A stretch of DNA of 53,272 nucleotides, taken from the NCBI GenBank assembly GCA_963575745.1, contig CAUYUJ010000331.1, positions 62,001 through 115,272 on the forward strand, in the 5' to 3' direction. The first letter of the stretch is position 1. Every line of letters begins with the position of its first letter. Below the pieces are notes generated by a model that saw only the letters and a list, made by a program, of their open reading frames with translations, did not search any database and was not told where the DNA came from. Origin of the DNA: Prorocentrum cordatum. Its lineage: Eukaryota. The position numbers were made by a program, and so were the translations under genes. This document shows, in pieces, positions 9,650-17,889 of this stretch.

Positions 9650-12600
9650 TCACTGCGAATGATCAAAGAAGGTCTGCACAACCTGTGGGAGCACCTCGCA
9701 TATGCGCTCCGCCGCCGATAGCTCCGTATCTGTAACAGTGGCGCTCGGTGGTAGACACCAAGCCGCAAGATACACATCCTTGAAAATGATGTCGGTCCGC
9801 GAGAAGATATACTTGTTTCGCAGACCAATCTGTATCCATGCACCACAGGCACTTCCGCGGCTACAAACTCCCCCATCAAAGCCGGCTTTGATAAGGCAAG
9901 GAATATAACACTGAGATTCAAAGTCGTTGAGGTAAACGAAATCGGCGTACACATGGCCCTGACGGGCCTGATGGGTCAGTAAGTCTGCTTTCTGGTTCCA
10001 TTCCCGAAACGAATGAGAGAAGAAGTCACGGCCGGCCTCTGGAGGCCTCACCAAGTAAGTTTCCTGCATTTCGTCCAACTTATTAATCAGAGTATCCACC
10101 CTTTTCTGATATACCTGAGCTAATACTTTCCATTTCCCGCAGAGCCAGTTAATAACAAGCAGTGAGTCCCCTTGGATGTCCAGTGGTATCCCATCTGTAT
10201 CGAGGTCCCACTGTGTACAACGCATATTATGCAACGCAATACGTTTGCTGAGGCGATCCCTATATGCTGGTGTATCCTCCCGATCCTGACCGATATGAAC
10301 CCCTCCATCCTCATCCAAGTTCAAGAATACAGGCACCCCTGAGGACGCCAACCCTTTACACTTCTTTTGGAAGTACTTCAACATAGCACTAGAACAAACA
10401 TTAGCAGCGAAGTCCATGAAATGCTCAAAACTTCCAGCAAAGAACTCCCACCAGGATAAACCGTAAAACGATTCCAATGAATAATACCACGGACGGAGTC
10501 CGACGCTCTCCTGTCCCCCCCGATGCCTTTTCATAGAGCTGGCCTCCTTCCAGTTTCCCCAACATCTGAGAGCCTCACTTGGATCCGTCCTCATTCTATC
10601 CCACAGTCGGCCAAACGCCAGACATGAGAAACGAGAATCTCTCCAAGCTCTCATCGAGTTCGCCTCCAGCTCCCCCCGATCTGTGATCAGCCTGTGTGCA
10701 AAGTCCTGGATGTCAATTGCCCATATCCAATGCACTCTGAGAAACTTCTGCACAATGCCCACGAAGTGAGCATCATGAAATTTTTGTCTCGCACGTTCAT
10801 ACCTCCTCGTATTCCATTCCTGGTAACTTTCCCCCTCCCTCCGTATACAGCGAGACATTACAGACAGGCACTTGCCCTCAAAGATATGAAGGGCGCTCAA
10901 TGAACTTGAATCGACCGTGCATCCTTCCGCCGCGTAGAGCACAATACTCTGAACTCTCTGAGCATACCTCTCATACTTATCTTTCAACGGGATGGCCGTG
11001 GAGCGGAAGAAGGTCGCCTGCCCCCAGAAGGCCCTGCGAGCACAGTCAATACGAGCGTCCAAATCATGATGTTCATTCACATGTAGTTCAGAACAAATAT
11101 AAGCCCCCAGCACCTCCATCTCCGTCGTCCTTCTAAATCGATACACTCCAGACGCCTCCGACCCCACCGAGAGAGCAAGATCAGCAGTGTGAAGTATTTC
11201 CCCTTCCACATCTCGCGGCGGCTCGACCCCGAACACCATATACAATAGGCTGGATTCCTTCCATCTCATTCCATAATCATGTAACTGTGTAGTTAGACCG
11301 TGTAACATGCGTGTGAGTTCCTCTCGACTCCGAGCCAATACATAACAGTTGTCAGCCCAAAGGAAATGATTAATAATCGAAACACAGCTAGTCGAGCCAG
11401 TCACATACTCAATACGATAACCTAGTCCTAGTACGTCCCATTCTCGAATCGTGGAGCCCCACATAGCAGCAACGATGAGATTGAAGGCCAACGGTCCCTC
11501 GGGCCCTCCCGTCCGAATACATTTGTCCCACCTAACCTCCACCACCTCAATCCCATCATAATAGACAGTGCCTACACATTCGCACAAGGGGTCAAGTAGA
11601 GCATACTGTAGGTAAAGGGGTACATCCGCATGATCCAACCCGCGCCTGACATTGGCCACCGTGCAGTGATCGAACGCCTGAAGGACATCAGCGTTCGCCA
11701 AGTGTGCCGTTTCCCCTTTTCCCCATTGTGCAGCATGTTGACCTATGTGTTTGATGCTAGCCGTGATTTCGTGTGTACGACGGTGTTCCTGGAAACCATA
11801 CAACCCAATATGACGAAACACTCCTTTTCTTTCAATATGACCCTCAACCAAGAGAACAACACAGGAACTGAACCATCTCGAAACAGCATTCTGCATACAC
11901 AGCAAACGTCCGTCTTTTAACTTAGTGATCCCTGGAGTTTTTGGCATAAAAGAGACGAGAATCTCACGCCACGACTGAGGATACGGAATCGTGAGCTTGA
12001 TGATTTTATCGAACAACTTCTGGATCGCTCTGAGAGCACACCACGGCAAGCTCCTTAGAATCTCGCACGGTATCCCGTCTGGCCCAGTAGCCCTCTGGGT
12101 CTTCAGCCGAGCTCGTGCTCTGAGAAGCAGCGCCATACTAATTCCCACAACTGATGTGGAACGTATCTCATGTACAGCCCTCATCCTGATCTCCTCCATC
12201 ATACTGTTGGTGGAATTGCGTATCTCTTCGGACGACACCTTGCAACGAACGAACTTGTCGAGCTCCTCCTTCCACTCCTCACGGTCCTCCGTCTCCCTCC
12301 CATCCACCACTAAATGTTTGATAGTATATCTGACCTTTCTTTTTGTTGGGGGACATCTGCACATAATCATATCACGTCGATAACCTCTGCGTAGACGATT
12401 AGCCTCATTCTTTAACCTCCTCAACCTCTCCACTTCCTCCTTCGGACACATCTTAACCTCCTCCTCCGCTCTTGTGAGCTGCACCGGCCTGGACGGCTCT
12501 CTCTGTCTTCTCGCACCCGTGGTGGAGTAGTCCACCGTCGGTGACAAGTACGCCTCCAGCATAGTACTCTCCAGACCCTGTGGACAGGTCACAGACGGAC

Positions 12601-13600
12601 ACCTTGAAAAGGCAGCACCGCCTAGATACGAATCCACATGCTGTCGAGCCTGATGCTCATCAGCCCAAGTCGAACACTTGTATCCGACCAGAGACGGCCT
12701 AGACTTCTGACCAGGCTGGGGGTCAGGGCGACGAACAATCACGTTCCCAGGGTCAGTGAAACTCGCCGTGATGATTGCGTGATCGGATAATCTACTGAAC
12801 TGCTTCTTCCCACCCCTCTTGAAACACCACTTCACCTCCAGATCCGAGAACTCCCAACGGTGAGGGACCATTAGGTAATCCAGGACCCTCTTCGAAGTCA
12901 GAAACTTGTTCTCCCCCCACGACTCCCAGGTATGCCTCCTAGTACAGAAAGTGTTGGCGGCCTTCAGTCCATGCGATTCCATGAACTCTAACAGCAGCTC
13001 CTTCAGCCTCCTCCTCCGACTCCTCCTTTCAATCTGCTGTGTACCGTCTCCTCCTCTCTCCCACCTTCTGTCCGTACGAGTACCTTCCTTTCCAGTAGCC
13101 TCATACTCCTCCCCATTATACGTAAATCTGCATCCAGGCGGAATCTCCACGTTTGCATCTAGCAGAACACAAAAGCTGGCCTGAGGAAACTTAGTGCGGA
13201 GAACATTGCGAGCACGACCGATCTGCTCATATACCTCCGCAGCAATCTCAACACAATCCTCCACATGAGGGTCTGGCAAATACGCTGACACAATAATGAG
13301 TGGTGACTTCTCTGACCCAAAGACACCGATAACGAACCTCGTGAAACAAGTGAAAAACATACGGACGGCAGCCGCCCAAGATCTGTCGAAGATGAGAGCT
13401 GCCTTACTACACGAACTAGTTTTGATGCGCCACCCCAAGCGTTCAAATTCCCCGTGCACTAGGTATTGAGTTTCCTGACATGCAAAGAGCCCACCACATG
13501 CCCTCATATGATGGAGAATCTCAGCACATTTGAAATGAGCCTCCCCTGCTTTGTTCAGGTTCCAGCTCGCTAAGCGTATGCCTCGGACGAGGCGCCGCAA
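9650..13600 (-). CDS. LINE ORF2: APE endonuclease, reverse transcriptase and C-terminal RNase H-like domain (1316 aa); no ATG ahead of the first APE motif
   Basis: APE: SWNL, CQET, SAYLP, LDAN, HTW, LDYL, SDH. RT: ATGPDGIP, YGFQ, ADVLQAFD, IRTGGPEGPLAFNL, FLWADN, EVLG. Thumb: RIDCARRAFW, VQSIVLYAAEG. RNase H: GDS, HSFREWNQKAD, FDGG, TEL. Confidence 0.95.
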   Translation of the reverse strand: MRRLVRGIRLASWNLNKAGEAHFKCAEILHHMRACGGLFACQETQYLVHGEFERLGWRIKTSSCSKAALIFDRSWAAAVRMFFTCFTRFVIGVFGSEKSPLIIVSAYLPDPHVEDCVEIAAEVYEQIGRARNVLRTKFPQASFCVLLDANVEIPPGCRFTYNGEEYEATGKEGTRTDRRWERGGDGTQQIERRSRRRRLKELLLEFMESHGLKAANTFCTRRHTWESWGENKFLTSKRVLDYLMVPHRWEFSDLEVKWCFKRGGKKQFSRLSDHAIITASFTDPGNVIVRRPDPQPGQKSRPSLVGYKCSTWADEHQARQHVDSYLGGAAFSRCPSVTCPQGLESTMLEAYLSPTVDYSTTGARRQREPSRPVQLTRAEEEVKMCPKEEVERLRRLKNEANRLRRGYRRDMIMCRCPPTKRKVRYTIKHLVVDGRETEDREEWKEELDKFVRCKVSSEEIRNSTNSMMEEIRMRAVHEIRSTSVVGISMALLLRARARLKTQRATGPDGIPCEILRSLPWCALRAIQKLFDKIIKLTIPYPQSWREILVSFMPKTPGITKLKDGRLLCMQNAVSRWFSSCVVLLVEGHIERKGVFRHIGLYGFQEHRRTHEITASIKHIGQHAAQWGKGETAHLANADVLQAFDHCTVANVRRGLDHADVPLYLQYALLDPLCECVGTVYYDGIEVVEVRWDKCIRTGGPEGPLAFNLIVAAMWGSTIREWDVLGLGYRIEYVTGSTSCVSIINHFLWADNCYVLARSREELTRMLHGLTTQLHDYGMRWKESSLLYMVFGVEPPRDVEGEILHTADLALSVGSEASGVYRFRRTTEMEVLGAYICSELHVNEHHDLDARIDCARRAFWGQATFFRSTAIPLKDKYERYAQRVQSIVLYAAEGCTVDSSSLSALHIFEGKCLSVMSRCIRREGESYQEWNTRRYERARQKFHDAHFVGIVQKFLRVHWIWAIDIQDFAHRLITDRGELEANSMRAWRDSRFSCLAFGRLWDRMRTDPSEALRCWGNWKEASSMKRHRGGQESVGLRPWYYSLESFYGLSWWEFFAGSFEHFMDFAANVCSSAMLKYFQKKCKGLASSGVPVFLNLDEDGGVHIGQDREDTPAYRDRLSKRIALHNMRCTQWDLDTDGIPLDIQGDSLLVINWLCGKWKVLAQVYQKRVDTLINKLDEMQETYLVRPPEAGRDFFSHSFREWNQKADLLTHQARQGHVYADFVYLNDFESQCYIPCLIKAGFDGGVCSRGSACGAWIQIGLRNKYIFSRTDIIFKDVYLAAWCLPPSATVTDTELSAAERICEVLPQVVQTFFDHSQ

Positions 13601-13603
13601 ACG

Positions 13604-15001
13604 TCACTGCCTACGATTCACTTCCTGAAGTATATCATTCATGGGAACCTTCAGCGCCGGATAAAAAGAAACAATACGAGCCCATGCATCAGCATGAAGA
13701 ACCCAAGCCCCTGTGGTATTCGTATACGTCGCAAAACAGACGGGTCGGAAATTCGTAACAGCTTGAGTCCAAATCTGACTTCTCGGTGGCCCCACCTCCC
13801 CACGGATCTCGATTTGAACATGAGCCGAGGTCATACTACGCCAAGTCCCACAGAAACGAGCAACCGCTTTCACATGATCACGCTTCCAGGGTGCACACTC
13901 CACTAACGTACGAATCTTTCTGGGATCGATTGGCGTGTCCATATCATGAGTGAGAACATCGGCATCTGGATACGTATAACCTGGGGGCGGGGCAATGCGG
14001 TCGGCGGGTTCCTTACAGACCATATCCATCCATTTCTTTATTCTCCAAAGAGTGTCCCGTGGTGTCCCTTCTTTGAAACCGACCTTCACACTGCCGTACA
14101 TATATCTTCCTCCGTTTAAACGTTCAGTTTTATCTTTATCGTAAGCATTCCTTTCCTCCCCCTGAAGTGTCCCAATCATATTAGATATTAACTGTGCCGC
14201 ATCTGCCCAGGGTATCATTTGATTTCCCCGATTTACTTGATTCGACCAATCCGTAACCCACCCTTTCAGCTCGAGATAAGTTGGTGTGAACTGGCTCGAT
14301 CGCTCCTGTTGCACGCGAGGGAACGAACCTCCACCACCACCAGAGGAGCCACCAGGGCCCACACTAGTCGAAACCGAAGCTGCAGGAGATCCAGCCAAAA
14401 TTTGCTTAACCTGTTTCTCCAAAATCTCTGTCCGTGCATCTGATTTGTCCATTCTCTCCGTATGCAACTTGAGTGTGTCATCCACTCTTTTGATGTCCGT
14501 CTTCGTCGATTGAACAACATGGATGAGATCCTCATGGGCATCCTCCGTTTTCCAAACATGCTTCATCATCATCTGTTTGAATGGATCCTTCTCCTTTTCT
14601 AACATCACTTTCCTCTCCTCCTCAATCTCTGTTCCACGTGCACGTTTGGATCGAGTCTCACCATCCCCAGTCATCGCGGCATCCGCCGCTGCTGCAACAT
14701 GAGTCATATCTTCAAGAATATTACCGTTCAATCCGTATTTATCTAACCAGCTCCTATCGTCCTCACGTTGACGTTTGTTTGATGCTGCCTCCAGTGCCTG
14801 CAGATCTTTCTGATCCCACGGCTGGTATTCCTCAAGGTAATCAAAGTTGACTCTCTCGTCCTGGTAGTCTTCTGTGGGTATGTCCAGATTCCTTTGACGC
14901 CGAAACCACTCCTCAGTACTTTCACCCCAATGCTCGAGTCCTATCTCTCTCCTCAATGCCAGCTGAGCCTCAGGACTGTCGGACGACGTGATTGTCAACA
15001 A
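13604..15001 (-). CDS. LINE ORF1, probable coiled-coil nucleic-acid chaperone; start uncertain (TTG at 15001, first ATG at 14707)
   Basis: 465 open codons directly upstream of ORF2 and inside the TSD-bounded unit. Heptad-like segment DIKRVDDTLKLHTERMDKSDARTEILEKQVKQIL, a Gly/Ser linker, then a globular-looking region. Function is inferred from position. Confidence 0.8.
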   Translation of the reverse strand: MLTITSSDSPEAQLALRREIGLEHWGESTEEWFRRQRNLDIPTEDYQDERVNFDYLEEYQPWDQKDLQALEAASNKRQREDDRSWLDKYGLNGNILEDMTHVAAAADAAMTGDGETRSKRARGTEIEEERKVMLEKEKDPFKQMMMKHVWKTEDAHEDLIHVVQSTKTDIKRVDDTLKLHTERMDKSDARTEILEKQVKQILAGSPAASVSTSVGPGGSSGGGGGSFPRVQQERSSQFTPTYLELKGWVTDWSNQVNRGNQMIPWADAAQLISNMIGTLQGEERNAYDKDKTERLNGGRYMYGSVKVGFKEGTPRDTLWRIKKWMDMVCKEPADRIAPPPGYTYPDADVLTHDMDTPIDPRKIRTLVECAPWKRDHVKAVARFCGTWRSMTSAHVQIEIRGEVGPPRSQIWTQAVTNFRPVCFATYTNTTGAWVLHADAWARIVSFYPALKVPMNDILQEVNRRQ

Positions 15002-15257
15002 CGGTCAACAAGGACACGTCGAACGACGTGATAGTCAGTAACTACCACCCGTTCAATAAGAGGTAAAGAATGCTGACAGACAATGAACAGCAGTGCAGCA
15101 CACCAGAGAATCTCAATACCACGAAGAAGAATATAGCGTACAATACAAGAGATGTAGAGTAGCAGACAAAAACCTCGAGGGAACCCAGGCAAGCCGGGCT
15201 CACACCCCGAGGCCAGGGCTCGCTAGAACGTCTGGAGGTTCCCCAGGCAGAGACGTT

Positions 15258-15265
15258 CTTGAGCC
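15258..15265 (-). other. Possible relic of the dinoflagellate spliced leader (GGCTCAAG) at the LINE 5' end
   Basis: The minus strand reads AGAACGTCTC-GGCTCAAG-AACGTCTC. GGCTCAAG is the 3' end of DinoSL (DCCGTAGCCATTTTGGCTCAAG). Only 8 nt, but in the expected place and orientation. Confidence 0.55.
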
Positions 15266-15275
15266 GAGACGTTCT

Positions 15276-15652
15276 TCAACCTGGTCACCGCCGGGAAACT
15301 CGTAGAGCTCCTTTCACGCGTGAGAGAGCTCAGAGTCGAAAGAGAGAGCTGCTCGAGGCATTTCTCAAAAATTGAACATTGATTTTTTTCATGTCGAAAT
15401 GAAGTTGGTTGCTCCAAGTGTTTCGGTCGTAAAAGTGCGCCTAGAGAGCTCATATTAAGACGCAGAAGCTCGCATAACCTTTTACAGGTGCGAAAAATCT
15501 GCTTTCTCAAAATAAATGGTCAAATATCCTTCAAATATTCGCAAAACCACCCAAAAGTTGCCACTTTGTCCTTTCGGGTCGGGTCGACCAACTAGCTCCA
15601 TCCCGCGCCGGAATTCCTCTCGCTCATCGCTGCCGAAGAGAACTACGAGGCA
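15276..15652 (-). mobile_element. Remainder of the S1 element hosting the LINE (includes the right TSD 15276-15286)
   Basis: TCAACCTGGTCACCGCCGGGAAACTCGTAGAGCTC, the S1 body and the terminus GAACTACGAGGCA. Confidence 0.88.
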
Positions 15653-16035
15653 CAGGCGAACGCACCACAACCTAATCCACGTTAGAAAAATAGTGGTTTC
15701 CAAAACGGATTTTGAAATTCGAACCGGCGGTAAGCCGTCAACCAGGTAACCGCCGGGGCCCTCGTAGAGCTCTTTTCTCGCACGGCGCTGCTCAATGCAC
15801 ACAAAGGAACCGTCTGGAGCAAGACCCAAAAAACTCGAAAAATCATGTTTTCACGTTTTATCTAAAGACGGTTGCTCCAAGTGTTTTGATGGTAATACTG
15901 CACCTACAGACCTAAGAATTTAACGGGCAGACGCGGCATAACCCACTACAGGTGCGAAAAATCGAAAAATCTTGTTTCTCAAAATGAATGGTCAAATAGC
16001 TTTGAAATGTTCGTAAAACCACCCAAAAGTTGTCA

Positions 16036-17108
16036 CTGGGCGCCGGCGGTAAACCGTCCACCTTTCTTACCGCCGGGGGACTCGTAGAGCTTCTTGACAA
16101 TGTAAAATGTCGAAAAAATTGTGGAGAACGAATAGTTTTTCAGCCCAAGCGATTTCAGACCTCTCGATGCAACAGCCGAACGCCCCCGATGCTTCTGGAT
16201 TGTCTTCTGCACGAGCTCTGTAGCTCTCCTACAGCCCGAGTTACGTGCGTAAATCGACAGCACCTCTCAAGATGACTCGAACAAAACGAACAGTTTGGCA
16301 AACCCAGCTCGAGCATCAACGAGTTCAGACCTCTTAATGCGACAGGCGGACGCGTCTGATGTCTCCGAATCGATTCCTGTGATTACCAGCCCTGCAGCCC
16401 CCCTACAGCCCGAGTTAAGTGCAGAAAACCGACAGCACCTCTCAGGATGACTCGAACAATACGAATAGTGTCGCGGACCTAGTTCGGCAGCAGACGGAGT
16501 TCCGAGCTCTGGGTTCGACAGGCGGACGGGCCTGATGTCTTCAAAATCGATTCCTGTGACCACCAGCACTATAGCCCTTCACAGCCCGAGTTAAGTGCAG
16601 AAACCGACAGCATCTCTCAAGATGACTCGAACAATACAAATAGTTTCGCGATTCTAGATCGGGCAGGAGACCGAGTTGAGAGCTCTGGATTCAACAGACA
16701 AACGGGAATGATGATTCTGAATCGGTTTCTGTAAGTCTCAGCTCTGTAACTGTCCCATAGCTCAAGTTAAGTACAGAAAACCGAGAGCGCCTGTCAAGAT
16801 GACTCGAATAATACGAATAGGTTTGTGGACCTAGCTCGGCTAGCAGACCGACTTCAGACTTCTGGATGCAACAGACGAACGCGCCTGATCATTCTGAATC
16901 GATAAGGTGTGCTTACCAGCTCTGTAGCTGTCCTGTGTCTCGAGTTAAGTCCAATATACCGGCAGCGCATCAAGATGACTCCAAACGGCCGATCCCGCCT
17001 GGACACTTTTTGGCAGTAAAAGGTACCCGATCGAGCTGAGATCAAGATGGCGAGCGGGAATAAGATCGAATATCACGGGAAAAAATGCTAGAGCTCTAAC
17101 GAATGGTT
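16036..17108 (-). mobile_element. L-family element with ~178-bp internal units, truncated at the rDNA fragment
   Basis: CTGGGCGCCGGCGGTAAACCGTCCACCTTTCTTACCGCCGGGGGACTCGTAGAGCTTC, the repeat units, then the conserved GGTACCCGATCGAGCTGAGATCAAGATGGCGAGCGGGAATAAG block. Confidence 0.82.
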
Positions 17109-17109
17109 G

Positions 17110-17439
17110 AAGACACAAAGACGATGACTAAATGGTTCTATTCGACCCGTCTTGAAACGCGGACCAAGGAGTCTAACATATGTGCGAGTCCACGGGTGGT
17201 AAACCTGCTGGCGCAGTGAAAGCGACTGCTGGGATCTTTGCACCAGCAACCGACCAATCAATTGAGAGAGGTTTGAGTATGAGCATATCTGTTAGGACCC
17301 GAAAGATGGTGAACTATGCCTGAGAAGGGCAAACTCAAGGGAAACTCTGATGGAGGCTCGTAGCGATACTGACGTGCAAATCGTTCGTCATACTTGGGTA
17401 TAGGGGCGAAAGACTAATCGAACCATCTAGTAGCTGGTC

Positions 17440-17470
<31 letters not shown>

Positions 17471-17509
17471 TTGAACAGTTTTATCAGGTAAAGCGAATGA
17501 TTAGAGGCA
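17110..17509 (+). rRNA. Isolated fragment (pseudogene) of nuclear LSU/28S rRNA, D2 end through D3, dinoflagellate-like
   Basis: GACCCGTCTTGAAAC(G)CGGACCAAGGAGTCTAAC, GACCCGAAAGATGGTGAACTATGCCTGA, GGGGCGAAAGACTAATCGAACCATCTAGTAGCTGG, CCCTCAGGATAGCTG and GGTAAAGCGAATGATTAGAGG. Neither flank is rDNA. Confidence 0.93.
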
Positions 17510-17669
17510 GCGCTGGCCGTCAGCAGGAGAAACTCCCGCTCAGCCTTTTCCCGTCGCAGGACTCTCCCGCTCAGTGATTTCCTCCCCAGAGGACTTCCAC
17601 GCCTGGGTTTTTTCCGCCCACACGACTTCTCCCGAAACGAAGAGCTACGCCATAGCTTTATCGGCTTGG

Positions 17670-17866
17670 GACGGGCCAGGCCGGAGGCCTGGCCCTGGCC
17701 GGAGGCCCAGGCCGGAGGCCTGATGGCCGGAGGCCAGGATGGTGGCGGCCGGAGGCCGGTCACCACAGCTCCCGGCGCGCCGGCGACATGCGCGACATGG
17801 CATGTCGCGCGACATGCGCGACATGAGCGACATGGAGAGGCCTGCGAGGCCTGCGAGGCCTGCGAG
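17670..17866. repeat. GC-rich short repeats (GGCCGGAGGCC-like; GCGACATG; GAGGCCTGC x3)
   Basis: Directly visible tandem motifs. Confidence 0.7.
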
Positions 17867-17889
17867 CCCAGCGCTGGCGTAGGCTTTAA

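Larger units (their letters stand above)
9396..15275 (-). mobile_element. Full-length, intact two-ORF non-LTR retrotransposon (LINE family B; APE-RT-RNase H; RTE-group-like thumb)
   Basis: 5880 bp between perfect 11-bp TSDs. ORF1 and ORF2 are uninterrupted. The ~250-bp 3' UTR ends CAGCAAAGACGCAAAA. Confidence 0.95.

Noticed and set aside
10290..10335. LNLDEDGGV as the normal N-terminal DG motif of RNase H, which would remove the need for a permutation
   Set aside because: It is not conserved in family A (ELFVLPRPPGV at the equivalent place) and has no matching Glu helix. The downstream FDGG and EL motifs are conserved in both families.
17110..17509. Functional rDNA operon
   Set aside because: Only ~400 bp is present, with no SSU, 5.8S or remaining LSU, and conserved positions are mutated.
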